Positions 37,462 through 46,660 of a stretch of DNA of 49,983 bases are shown here, piece by piece (position 1 is the first letter of the stretch; every line of letters begins with the position of its first letter). The DNA is from Thermoprotei archaeon (lineage in GTDB: Archaea; Thermoproteota; Thermoprotei; Thermofilales; B69-G16). The notes beneath the pieces were generated by a model. It made no database searches. It was not told where the DNA came from and was given only the letters and a program-made list of their open reading frames with translations. Made by a program: the position numbers and the translations under genes. The stretch spans positions 1 to 49,983 of the forward strand of contig QMRG01000002.1 in the NCBI GenBank assembly GCA_003649235.1, in the 5' to 3' direction.

Positions 37462-37824
37462 TTGAGTAGCGTTCCGGAGATACTAGAGAGACGTTTACTG
37501 AAGTTATTGAGCAAGATTGGAGACGAAGGGATTTTACAAAAAGAATTATGGAAAAAGTTAAACATAGATAGTCGAAAAGGAATAAAAATCGTCAGAAGGC
37601 TCGAAAAGCAAGGACTGCTTACTAGACAAAGCATTATACATAGAGGACGTAAAACCTACATAGTCAAACTAGGACCTAAGTACTACGTAAAGAAGACTAT
37701 TCCTAGCGACGTAGTTAATGTTCCCTGTTTTTTCTGTAATCTGTTGGAAGATTGCGGAGAAAAGATAAGTGTAAATCCTATAAATTGTCCGAAACTCAAT
37801 TCATGGCTAGCAGGTGATCCTTAA
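37462..37824 (+). CDS. winged-helix + C-terminal 4-Cys protein (possible TFE-beta/RPC34-like factor)
   Basis: wHTH-like ILQKELWKKLNIDSRKGIKIVRRLEKQGLLTR...GRKTYIVKL, followed by CFFC-x5-C-x10-CP. TTG start with GGTGAT at 37450-37455. Confidence 0.4.
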   Translation: MSSVPEILERRLLKLLSKIGDEGILQKELWKKLNIDSRKGIKIVRRLEKQGLLTRQSIIHRGRKTYIVKLGPKYYVKKTIPSDVVNVPCFFCNLLEDCGEKISVNPINCPKLNSWLAGDP

Positions 37825-38390
37825 TGAACCGTGTGAGATGTTTTATAGCAATAGATATCGAGGATCCTAACGTGATACAGAATATATTGAGAGTACAACA
37901 AGCTTTATCATCTTTAGGAAAACAGCTTAAACTCGTTGAAAAAGAGAATATTCATTTAACCTTACGGTTTTTAGGCGAAATCCCTAGTACTCTTGTAGAT
38001 GATGTAGTAAACGCCTTAAGCAGGGTCGATTTCTCGCCGTTTAGAATTACTTTACATGGCATAGGCGCGTTTCCCAGACTTTCGAGACCTAACGTTATAT
38101 GGGTAGGTGTTGTAGAAGGCGTTAATGAATTAAAAGAACTAGCTTCTAAAATAAATTTAGTACTTAAAAAACTCGGATTTCCACCACCGGATAAACCTTT
38201 CTCTCCTCATATAACTATAGCTAGAATAAAACGACGCCCTGACATTAACACATTAGTAGATATAGTAAATACTTTCATAAATGACACTTATGGCTCTATC
38301 TTAGTGGATAATTTTCGACTTAAGAAAAGCACGTTAACGCCTAAAGGTCCTATTTATACTACGTTATACGAGCGAAAAGTTGATGTTTGA
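37824..38390 (+). CDS. thpR: RNA 2',3'-cyclic phosphodiesterase / 2'-5' RNA ligase (2H phosphoesterase, LigT/ThpR)
   Basis: Two H-x-T-x motifs: HLTLRFLG and HITIARI. Confidence 0.88.
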   Translation: MNRVRCFIAIDIEDPNVIQNILRVQQALSSLGKQLKLVEKENIHLTLRFLGEIPSTLVDDVVNALSRVDFSPFRITLHGIGAFPRLSRPNVIWVGVVEGVNELKELASKINLVLKKLGFPPPDKPFSPHITIARIKRRPDINTLVDIVNTFINDTYGSILVDNFRLKKSTLTPKGPIYTTLYERKVDV

Positions 38391-39831
38391 CAATATGTTC
38401 GAAGAAAAAACTTCAGATATATTGAAAAAAGTTATAGAAAAAATTACTCCTAGCAATTCTGAAAGAAAAAAGATATCATTAGTTATTGAAAAAATATTGA
38501 GTTCTCTTCGCGAACTAAAAAAAGTCTACGACGTAGGTTATAGCATAGAAGTCGTAGGATCTTATGCAAAAGATACTTGGCTATCTGGAGAAGCTGACAT
38601 CGACATCTTTATATTATTTCCGCCAGAAATACCGGAGAATAGCTTAAGGTATTACGGATTAACAATAGCTAGACAAGCTATTGAAAGACTAGGCGGTAAG
38701 TGTTTCGAAAGATATGCAACTCATCCTTATGTTGAAGCCGAGATTGAGGGGCTTGTAGTCGATATAGTACCAGCTTATAAAGTGCCTTCTCCAGATAAGA
38801 TAATTTCCCCTGTTGATAGAACTCCATTCCATACTAGATACGTAGTTTCCCACATAAATGAGAAACTTAAGTCTGAGATAAGGCTATTGAAAAGATTTAT
38901 GAAAGGAATAGGAGTCTACGGCGCTGAAATAAAGGTGCAGGGATTTTCAGGATATCTAGCAGAGTTACTAGTCATATATTACGGCTCGTTTTGTAACGTC
39001 CTAAAAAATGCGTTGAAGTGGAGACCTAGGCGAGTATTTATAGACATAGAACATTTTTACAAAGAGAAAGAGAAGAAGAAGCTATTGAAAATAATGCCAG
39101 GAGCTATGATAGTAATAGACCCTGTTGATAAAAATCGAAACGTAGCTTCAGCTCTCTCTATACAAAAAATGTGTGAGTTCATAGCGGCCGCTAAAGAATT
39201 CTTGAGAAAGCCAAGTTTGGACTTTTTCTTCCCCTCTAGGCGGCATGTAGCAATAGACTATGTATCATCGCTTTTAAAGAATCGTGGAACAGATATCATT
39301 GTAATACTGACTAAAATTCCAGAGATGGCGGAAGACGTGGCATGGGGGCAAATATATAAGAGCTTGGACGGCTTGGAGCGATTGTTTAAACGTTTTGATT
39401 TTAAAGTGTTATCTAAAGGGGCTTGGCTATCCGAAAAGAACGATCTTTTTCTCCTATTTGAATTAGAAAATGCCAGATTACCATTTATAGAAAAACATTA
39501 TGGTCCTCCAGTTACATCGAAAAATGCGGATTCGTTTTTGAAAAAATATTTGGGATCGCCGAATACCCTGGCAGGACCTTATATTGAAGGAGATCGATGG
39601 ATCGTTTTTAGAAAAAGAAAATACACTAATGCCTTCAACTTAATTAGAGAACGCTATCAAGAAGCTAGACTTGGAAAACATATATTAGAGAGCTTATCGG
39701 AAAATATGAAAATCATTTATGGAATTGAAATTTTAAAATATTTAGATAATAAAGATTTTAGAGAATATTTCTATAATTGGCTAATTAAAATACCTCACTG
39801 GTTGAAATATGGAAAAAATGAAAAAAATTAA
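38380..39831 (+). CDS. cca: CCA-adding tRNA nucleotidyltransferase (archaeal class I)
   Basis: VVGSYAKDTWLSGEADIDIFILF, RTPFHT, and GAEIKVQGFSGYLAELL. Confidence 0.93.
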   Translation: MMFDNMFEEKTSDILKKVIEKITPSNSERKKISLVIEKILSSLRELKKVYDVGYSIEVVGSYAKDTWLSGEADIDIFILFPPEIPENSLRYYGLTIARQAIERLGGKCFERYATHPYVEAEIEGLVVDIVPAYKVPSPDKIISPVDRTPFHTRYVVSHINEKLKSEIRLLKRFMKGIGVYGAEIKVQGFSGYLAELLVIYYGSFCNVLKNALKWRPRRVFIDIEHFYKEKEKKKLLKIMPGAMIVIDPVDKNRNVASALSIQKMCEFIAAAKEFLRKPSLDFFFPSRRHVAIDYVSSLLKNRGTDIIVILTKIPEMAEDVAWGQIYKSLDGLERLFKRFDFKVLSKGAWLSEKNDLFLLFELENARLPFIEKHYGPPVTSKNADSFLKKYLGSPNTLAGPYIEGDRWIVFRKRKYTNAFNLIRERYQEARLGKHILESLSENMKIIYGIEILKYLDNKDFREYFYNWLIKIPHWLKYGKNEKN

Positions 39832-40555
39832 CGAGAGATTTCCTGAACTTGTAATATGCTATCCTCGCCCAGGAGAAAATGTATATAAAAAACGCTTGAA
39901 TCAGCTAAAAAAGCTCGGCGTAGAATGTATATTTTGGGAAGGAAAGGTTCAGCTAGGACCATTTAACATACTTGGTAAAGGTTGCACCAGTGTAGTTGTT
40001 AAAGCTCTACGCCAAGGAGAGAATGTAGTATTAAAAATTAGAAGAACCGATGCTGATCGAGAAAATCTGTTAAAAGAGGCGGCTATCCTCAAGAAAATCA
40101 ATAAATACGGTATCGGCCCTAAACTGCTAGATTATACGGAAGATATCTTAGTGATGGAGTACGTAGAAGGAGTAGAAATTGAAGAATGGATAGCGAGAGT
40201 AAAAAATAGCCATCTCCTTAAAGAAGTCTTAAAAAAATTACTAGACATGCTTTTTTTAATGGATAAAATGGGCATATGTCACTTAGAGCTAGCTAGGCCC
40301 AAAAAGCACATAATAATATCTGGCAATAGACCCGTCATTCTAGATTTTGAGACCATAAGCACAAAGACTAAGAAAAGTAATTTAACACAAGTTCTAAACT
40401 TTCTTTTGTTTAGAAAAGGAGCGACAGCGAGGAAAATACGAAAAATCCTAAAAATAGAGGAGTTAGAGAGATTAAGAAGAATATTAAAAGAGTATAAAAA
40501 GGAAAAAAGCAAACAGAAATACTTGGAAATACTGAAAATAATGAATCTCACTTGA
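39809..40555 (+). CDS. atypical protein-kinase-fold protein (COG2112-like predicted Ser/Thr kinase)
   Basis: LGKGCTSVVVKA, VLKIRR, LVMEYVEG, CHLELARPKKHIII and ILDFE align by eye with Bud32 (16562..17209). It overlaps cca by 23 nt. Confidence 0.6.
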   Translation: MEKMKKINERFPELVICYPRPGENVYKKRLNQLKKLGVECIFWEGKVQLGPFNILGKGCTSVVVKALRQGENVVLKIRRTDADRENLLKEAAILKKINKYGIGPKLLDYTEDILVMEYVEGVEIEEWIARVKNSHLLKEVLKKLLDMLFLMDKMGICHLELARPKKHIIISGNRPVILDFETISTKTKKSNLTQVLNFLLFRKGATARKIRKILKIEELERLRRILKEYKKEKSKQKYLEILKIMNLT

Positions 40556-40561
40556 ACAAAA

Positions 40562-40569
40562 TTATAAAT
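40562..40569 (+). promoter_or_regulatory. candidate TATA box (TTATAAAT) for tRNA-Pro
   Basis: It is centred about 26 nt upstream of the tRNA 5' end at 40592 and is preceded by the purine-rich GAACAAAA (BRE-like). Confidence 0.45.
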
Positions 40570-40591
40570 TCAACCAGTTACATATATGATA

Positions 40592-40692
40592 GGGGCCGTC
40601 GTCTAGCTTGGAAAGGATGCCAGCCTGGGGCGCTGGTGAACGCGAAGCAGTGCTTCGCGGCCGAATCCCGGGTTCAAATCCCGGCGGCCCCA
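40592..40692 (+). tRNA. tRNA-Pro (anticodon GGG) with about 26 extra nt (putative non-canonical intron) in the variable region; no encoded CCA
   Basis: Hand fold: acceptor GGGGCCG/CGGCCCC; D arm GTCT-AGCTTGGAAA-GGAT; anticodon arm CCAGC-CTGGGGC-GCTGG (GGG at 40627-40629, G37); T arm CCGGG-TTCAAAT-CCCGG; discriminator A. It is the only GC-rich island in the window. Confidence 0.85.
40637..40667 (+). other. 31-nt segment between the anticodon stem and T stem holding the putative tRNA intron (exact splice sites unresolved)
   Basis: A class I tRNA has 4-5 nt here. The segment contains a perfect 8-bp hairpin CGCGAAGC-agt-GCTTCGCG (40641-40659), flanked by GAA at 40638-40640 and 40663-40665. Confidence 0.6.
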
Positions 40693-40874
40693 TGTCTTAT
40701 ACTAATTAATTAGTGGGCGTAAAAGGTGCTGAGATTGATCTGTGGAGGTTAGCTGCTAATCTCTTTTAACTACTTAAAGGTTAAGTCTGAATTTATAGTT
40801 AAGATTTTGAGTTCTGCATTTAGGCAGCAATAATTACTTTTAAGTTTACGTAATGTTCTAGTTTTAGTAATAAC

Positions 40875-43058
40875 ATGTACGTGGAAGAGCTAGACATACC
40901 GGAGAATGCTATAAGACATCTGTTAATGAGAGGGATACAAAAGTTATTTCCTCCACAGGAACAAGCCATTGAAAAGGGAGTGTTAAAACGTAAGAGTTTA
41001 GTCGTATGCTCTCCTACGGCTTCTGGAAAAACTTTGATAGCTGAGATAGCGGCTTTAAAGCATATACTAGATCTTGGAGGAAAAGTCCTCTATCTAACTC
41101 CTCTAAGAGCACTAGCCAATGAAAAATTTCATACTTTTAGCCAGTATGAAACCTTAGGTATAAAAGTTGCCTTAAGCACTGGTGATTATGACAGCGACGA
41201 TCCATGGCTCGGCGATTATGATTGGATAATAACTACCAACGAGAAAGCCGATAGCTTGCTAAGACATAAGGCAGGATGGCTACGCTATATAACTTTAGTA
41301 GTTGCAGATGAAATTCATCTAATTCGAGACTCTAAAAGAGGCCCTACGCTAGAAATGGTGTTAGCAAAGTTGAGAAAAGTCATTTCTAGCCTTCAAATTC
41401 TAGCCCTTAGCGCTACGATACGGAATGCTGAAGAGTTAGCGGAGTGGCTTAATGCTGACCTTGTAAAAACAGAATGGCGTCCTGTAATTCTTAGAGAAGG
41501 CGTTTATTTTTCAGGAGATATCTTTTTTAGCGACAACTCTAAAATCACAATACCCGAATCTTATCCCAATCCATTAGATAACTTAGTTGTAGATTGCTTA
41601 AACAGAAAAGGCCAGGTCCTAGTCTTTGCCGGTACGAGAGGGAATGCAGTAAGCTATGCAAGAAGGCTTGCAGATAAAGTTAAGAGATTTCTAACCCATG
41701 AAGATACCCGCTACCTAGTTGAAAAAGCTGGAGAAATTCTCTCTGTAGAAAAAAATAGAATTACTGAAAGTCTAGCCGAGTACATGCAAAAAGGAGTCGC
41801 ATTTCATCATGCAGGGCTTTCATATAGAACCCGGAAAATAATAGAAGATGCGTTTAGAAATGCTAAGTTAAAAGTTGTATGTGCAACTCCTACTCTAGCA
41901 GCGGGAGTAAATCTACCAGCTAGACGAGTAGTTATAGCTAGTTACCGACGGTATAATCCAGAGCTTGGATATTTCGAACCTATACCGGTTTTAGAGTATA
42001 AACAGATGGCAGGTAGAGCGGGAAGACCCCAGTACGATAAATACGGTGAAGCCATACTCATTGCAAGAACCATCGATGAACTAGACTATTTAATGGAAAA
42101 CTACATCTATGCAAAACCCGAGAGAATTTTTTCTCAAATGGCTTCTGAAAGAATACTTAGAACTCATATTTTAGCCAGTATAGCTTCAGACTTCGCCAGC
42201 AATAAACACGAACTACAACAAATCCTTAAATTTACCTTCTACGCTCATCAATTCACGATAAAGGACTTAGTAGAGATAGTAAATGAAAGTATCGAATATC
42301 TCCATAGAGATAATCTAGTATCCATAGAAAACGGAAAAATCAAAGCTACTCCTCTCGGAAAGCGGATATCTCAACTCTACATAGATATAGAAACCGCTAC
42401 CACTATTATTAAAGGATTAAAACGAAAAGAAAAAGCCACTCCTTTCGCCTACCTACATCTCATAGCTTTAACTCCTGATATTCCTAAACTTCATATACGT
42501 AGACGTGAAATAGAAAAATATGAGAAAATTTTAGATCTTCGGGCAAGCGAATTATTCGTAGAAGAGCCTATAGGTGAAGAAGAATATAAAATTTTCCTTT
42601 CCAGCATTAAAACTGCTAAATTACTTGAAGATTGGATAAATGAAATCAGCGACGATCAGTTAATAATAAGCTATGATGTAGGACCGGGAGATATATATGC
42701 CATCACACAGACTGCTGAATGGTTGGTATATTCCGCATCTGAACTAGCAAAGGAGTTAGGATTCTATTCTCACGTAGCTAATCTGTTAGAGTTAAGACAG
42801 AGAGTAAAGTATGGAGTGAAGAGCGAGCTTTTAGAGATAATAAAGATTAAAGGCATTGGGAGAGTTAGGGCTCGAATACTCTACGAAAACGGATATAGAA
42901 ATCTAGATGATCTGAGCAAAGCTAGCCTCAGCGATTTAAGCAGATTACCTCTTATAGGTCCGAAATTGGCTAAGAGCATTAAGGAATATTTGGCGGGTTT
43001 AAGAGATGAAGTCTTCATAACAACTGATCGGGAGGTTAAAATTGAGGATTATTTCTAG
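40875..43058 (+). CDS. hel308: Ski2-like DNA helicase Hel308 (Hjm)
   Basis: Motif I SPTASGKT, motif II VADEIH, SAT, and motif VI QMAGRAGRP. The C-terminal HhH-like domain is GIGRVRARILYENG. Confidence 0.92.
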   Translation: MYVEELDIPENAIRHLLMRGIQKLFPPQEQAIEKGVLKRKSLVVCSPTASGKTLIAEIAALKHILDLGGKVLYLTPLRALANEKFHTFSQYETLGIKVALSTGDYDSDDPWLGDYDWIITTNEKADSLLRHKAGWLRYITLVVADEIHLIRDSKRGPTLEMVLAKLRKVISSLQILALSATIRNAEELAEWLNADLVKTEWRPVILREGVYFSGDIFFSDNSKITIPESYPNPLDNLVVDCLNRKGQVLVFAGTRGNAVSYARRLADKVKRFLTHEDTRYLVEKAGEILSVEKNRITESLAEYMQKGVAFHHAGLSYRTRKIIEDAFRNAKLKVVCATPTLAAGVNLPARRVVIASYRRYNPELGYFEPIPVLEYKQMAGRAGRPQYDKYGEAILIARTIDELDYLMENYIYAKPERIFSQMASERILRTHILASIASDFASNKHELQQILKFTFYAHQFTIKDLVEIVNESIEYLHRDNLVSIENGKIKATPLGKRISQLYIDIETATTIIKGLKRKEKATPFAYLHLIALTPDIPKLHIRRREIEKYEKILDLRASELFVEEPIGEEEYKIFLSSIKTAKLLEDWINEISDDQLIISYDVGPGDIYAITQTAEWLVYSASELAKELGFYSHVANLLELRQRVKYGVKSELLEIIKIKGIGRVRARILYENGYRNLDDLSKASLSDLSRLPLIGPKLAKSIKEYLAGLRDEVFITTDREVKIEDYF

Positions 43059-43061
43059 GCG

Positions 43062-45164
43062 TTAAAGTATAGTTTTGAGTATATAGCCCGGTTTGGGCTC
43101 TAACAATTCCCCACTGTCCTGTAGTTTTTCAATCACTTTTTCCACAAAATGCCTCTCAAAGCCTAACGTGATAGCGCGTTGAATAACATCTTCTTTCTTC
43201 ACCGGCTCATTATTGTTCTCTTTTATCATGTCGGTTATGATATCTATTATCTTCAATATTTTATCTCTTTTAGATTTAGGTTGTCCTGTCATTATGATAT
43301 CTATGTCTATGGCTTTAGTCTTGACATCCATCCCAACTTTTCTTAACATATGAAGCATGAGCTCGATGGCGGCTTCGGCATCTTCGGCCGTAACAATGCT
43401 GCTTAAAGCCATTTTCGCATGTGCTTCAGCTAATCTTACTAAGGCCTCCAATTGTCTCGGAGTGATAGTTATTGGATTACTAGGGTCTTCGCTTCGTGAA
43501 CGCATATCTACATAAAAGTCTACTAGCTTTTTCTTAGCCTCTTCTGAGAGTCTAGGTTTAACGTGTTGACGCGCGTAAGCTATATATTTTTTAAGAACGT
43601 CCGGAGGAATAGTGTTTTCAAAAGCATCAACGTATTTATATCTATGAAAATCTAAGACGTATTCCGCGAGTTTTCGATCTTCTTCTTTATCAGGTCTATC
43701 CGTGATAACGAATATCAAATCGAATCTAGATAAAATTGTGACAGGTAGATCTATATTCTCGACAACAGATCTTTCAAGTATATATCTACCAAATGCCGGA
43801 TTTGCAGCTGCAAGTATGGACGCCCTAGCGTTTAACGTAGCTACTATACCGGCTTTTGCGATGCTGATGGTTTGTTGTTCCATAGCTTCGTGAATACTAA
43901 CTCTATCTCTAGGATCCATTTTATCAAATTCATCTATACAGGCCACTCCTCCATCCGCTAGGACGAGTGCACCTGCCTCCAGGTAAAAATCCCCCGTTCT
44001 TTTCTCTCTTATAACCGCTGCTGTCAATCCGGCAGCTGTTGACCCTTTACCCGTTGTGTATATTCCTCGAGGCGCTATAGAAGAGGCATACCTGAGGATT
44101 TGAGATTTTGCAGTACCTGGATCCCCCACAAGCAAAACATGTATATCTCCTCTAACTCTAACACCATCAGGGTAGATTTTGGGAACTCCGCCGAATAGCA
44201 AAAGCGCTACTGCCTTCTTTATCTCCTTATAGCCATAAATGGAAGGAGCTATAGAGTTTACAATAAGTTCCCTAATATCTTTCCTCTTCGCTAATTCGAG
44301 GATCTTCAATTCATCCTCCGGAGTTATTTCAACATCGATATTTTCTTTTGAAGCTACCTCGACATAGTTGGCATTCATATAAGTATAAAATATCGGCGGT
44401 TGATCTCTACGCAATGCCTTATCTTCTGATATCGCAAGAACCCCAGTCACAGTCACTCTATCGCCGGGCCTAACTACATCAACTAGATCTTCTTTTAGAA
44501 TAATCTCTAGGGATCGAGGAAGCTGACCAGGAGGTAATTCCTCGGGTTTTTCCTGAAGAACAAATTTCTGCCAGTCAACGTATTTAGACCGCTCTAGTAC
44601 CAGTTCGAAAGAACTTCTTTTCTTTCCTTCTGCTTGACATACAGGACAGACGACTGGAGTTTTCAATCCTCTCCCAGTCTGTGGCTCTTCAATTTCCTCG
44701 CCGCATCCTCTACATTTAAAACGTGCGACTACTAGTTGCTGCTTAACCGGAGTCATTCGGGTAACTATCCCTTCGACAGATATTAGTTTGTTAATATGTA
44801 TAGCTCTTAACTTTCGTAGTGGAATTCGTAGGTTTTCAGGTAATCCTCTAATACGTGCTATAAATCTCTCGACCGAGTTGGCATACTCGGCGTTTTCCAC
44901 TCTCATAACGTCCTTTATAGCTTTTCCTGCTTCTTCAAGAATTGGAGTCGGATTGTCGATGAGAAGATTTGCCAGTTCTTCGTCGAAAGCTAGCAAATCC
45001 TCGAAGTCTATTACTAGAGAAATACTTTTATCCAGAACCATTTGGCTTATACGCTTTCTATACTTGTAACCATTCTCATCTTCAAATGTTTTCAAGAAAT
45101 CTACAAATCTGCTTCGAGGATCAACCTTCTCTAGAGATATGGGTGCTTCCACCAAGTTAACCAC
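43062..45164 (-). CDS. mcm: replicative helicase MCM
   Basis: Zn finger CRGCG...CPVCQ, Walker A GDPGTAKSQ, Walker B CIDEFDKM, and arginine finger SRFDLIF. At 700 aa it carries no intein. Confidence 0.97.
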   Translation of the reverse strand: MVNLVEAPISLEKVDPRSRFVDFLKTFEDENGYKYRKRISQMVLDKSISLVIDFEDLLAFDEELANLLIDNPTPILEEAGKAIKDVMRVENAEYANSVERFIARIRGLPENLRIPLRKLRAIHINKLISVEGIVTRMTPVKQQLVVARFKCRGCGEEIEEPQTGRGLKTPVVCPVCQAEGKKRSSFELVLERSKYVDWQKFVLQEKPEELPPGQLPRSLEIILKEDLVDVVRPGDRVTVTGVLAISEDKALRRDQPPIFYTYMNANYVEVASKENIDVEITPEDELKILELAKRKDIRELIVNSIAPSIYGYKEIKKAVALLLFGGVPKIYPDGVRVRGDIHVLLVGDPGTAKSQILRYASSIAPRGIYTTGKGSTAAGLTAAVIREKRTGDFYLEAGALVLADGGVACIDEFDKMDPRDRVSIHEAMEQQTISIAKAGIVATLNARASILAAANPAFGRYILERSVVENIDLPVTILSRFDLIFVITDRPDKEEDRKLAEYVLDFHRYKYVDAFENTIPPDVLKKYIAYARQHVKPRLSEEAKKKLVDFYVDMRSRSEDPSNPITITPRQLEALVRLAEAHAKMALSSIVTAEDAEAAIELMLHMLRKVGMDVKTKAIDIDIIMTGQPKSKRDKILKIIDIITDMIKENNNEPVKKEDVIQRAITLGFERHFVEKVIEKLQDSGELLEPKPGYILKTIL

Positions 45165-45714
45165 CTTCTACATATTTAATAAGAGCTTCTTCCCATGTCT
45201 GAAGTATGCCGCAAATCCTAACGTAGAAATACCTCTCTTCTTTTGTCATGAACTTCATTAAGCTACGTGAAGGATGCGGATCCGCCAAAGCCATATTTAC
45301 AATTTTATATATCCGCCGTTTAATTATATCAACAAAAAGTCCTCTAAGCATTCTATGCAATTTTAGAAGCTTGGGATCCAGTTCACGACTTTTAATCAAA
45401 TCTTCATTTAATTTTTTCAATGTATACCGTGCTTTTACATAGAAATTCTCATCTAGTTGCTGTAATTCTGCTGTTTTTTCTTCTCTCCATCGGATTTTAT
45501 TAATTTCTGAAAATGTAAACAGACGTTCGTCGTCGATCTCTGCGAGATTTTTTTCTACTAAAACTTCGGCTATTTTAACCGGTACATCTATCGTGATTCC
45601 TTCTTTTAGATTAATGTCAAATACTCCTAGAGGTATTTTAGAAATTTTCTTTTTGACTTTTATCGGAACTTCTACATCTTTCGTTATGATCGAAACTATA
45701 TCCGTCCTCTCCAT
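45157..45714 (-). CDS. GINS subunit, Gins23-like (small beta domain at the N-terminus, helical A domain at the C-terminus)
   Basis: 185 aa, overlapping the mcm start by 8 nt, as in the crenarchaeal gins23-mcm operon. The N-terminal VPVKIAEVLVEKNLAEI resembles a B-domain and the rest is helical. The assignment rests on synteny plus architecture. Confidence 0.6.
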   Translation of the reverse strand: MERTDIVSIITKDVEVPIKVKKKISKIPLGVFDINLKEGITIDVPVKIAEVLVEKNLAEIDDERLFTFSEINKIRWREEKTAELQQLDENFYVKARYTLKKLNEDLIKSRELDPKLLKLHRMLRGLFVDIIKRRIYKIVNMALADPHPSRSLMKFMTKEERYFYVRICGILQTWEEALIKYVEGG

Positions 45715-45848
45715 GATTCTTAACCTATGTATTATATACTATAAGCTAAAATAAGAGGAGAACTTAGAGAGTTAACCGAACATAATCAACTATATTAAAA
45801 TGCTAATATAACTCTATTATCTACGTATAATAAAAATGTAGAAAAACC

Positions 45849-46067
45849 CTATCTTGTCGATATTTTACGAGCTTCTCTCTCAGTTTCTCTTAGCATGAGT
45901 ATATCTCCGAGTCTTACCGGTCCTTTTACATTTCTCGTCAATATTCGCCCTTTATCCTTGCCCTCTAGTATCCTAACTCTGACTTGAGTTATCTCCCCGG
46001 TGACTCCTGTTCTGCCTATGATTTGGATTACCTCTGCTGGAGTAGCTTCGTCTTCGCGTTTACTCAT
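45849..46067 (-). CDS. rps28e: 30S ribosomal protein S28e
   Basis: [26 protein letters not shown]...[22 protein letters not shown]. Confidence 0.95.
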   Translation of the reverse strand: MSKREDEATPAEVIQIIGRTGVTGEITQVRVRILEGKDKGRILTRNVKGPVRLGDILMLRETEREARKISTR

Positions 46068-46112
46068 ACCATAACACCCTTGAGTTTAAAGTAAAGAATG
46101 GAAGTTATTAAG

Positions 46113-46511
46113 TTAACTGCTTTTAGATACTCCGGCTTTTATTTTAATTTCCTCTACTTCTTTAGCTATCTCTTCTACTAAGCTTGCGGCGTTACCAGGC
46201 TCTATAATACAAGCAGACGCTGCGGCTACCTCTATTCCCGCCTCTTTTCCTAATCTTTGCTTAGATGGGACGTAGACATAAGGTATTTTCTTCTCTTCAC
46301 AAAGAAGAGGAAGATGTGCTACTATCTCCGGAGGATCTACATCTTCGGCTATTAGCACCAGCTTAGCTAAACCACGCTCTACAGCTTTCGTAGTTTCGTT
46401 AGTGCCTTTTTTGATTTTACCAGTCTCTCTAGCAAGTCTAACAGCTTGATAAGCCTTCTCCGCCAATTCTTCTGGTACCACAAATCTTACATAAAAGGGC
46501 TTCTCGGACAT
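46113..46511 (-). CDS. rpl7ae: 50S ribosomal protein L7Ae (K-turn binding)
   Basis: [47 protein letters not shown] chose the start at ATG 46511, preceded by GAGGTGAGTGATGGC, rather than the track start at 46547. Confidence 0.95.
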   Translation of the reverse strand: MSEKPFYVRFVVPEELAEKAYQAVRLARETGKIKKGTNETTKAVERGLAKLVLIAEDVDPPEIVAHLPLLCEEKKIPYVYVPSKQRLGKEAGIEVAAASACIIEPGNAASLVEEIAKEVEEIKIKAGVSKSS

Positions 46512-46660
46512 GCCATCACTCACCTCTCGCTCATTTGGCGATAGCACTACAATATATGAATATTTAAGTGTTTCGTTTGCGAAGAGCTTCTATAGAAAAG
46601 ATTCTAAGACCTGTTTAGAGAAATACTTATAAGCGTGGCGTCATCTATGCCTCTCCAGGG

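Noticed and set aside
40637-40667. Alternative reading of the tRNA insert as a class II long variable arm (Ser/Leu type)
   Set aside because: The anticodon loop is unambiguous, with GGG (Pro, class I) and G37. At 31 nt the insert exceeds normal variable arms, and the acceptor and T arms match archaeal tRNA-Pro.
40693-40874. 182-nt gene-free stretch downstream of tRNA-Pro, considered as an integrated-element att remnant or an ncRNA (contains CUGA twice and a GAGATT...AATCTC 6-bp stem)
   Set aside because: I saw no duplicated tRNA 3' fragment anywhere in the window and no integrase or foreign genes. The next gene is core hel308. There is no RUGAUGA box at C/D spacing. The stretch most simply holds the hel308 promoter and the tRNA terminator.
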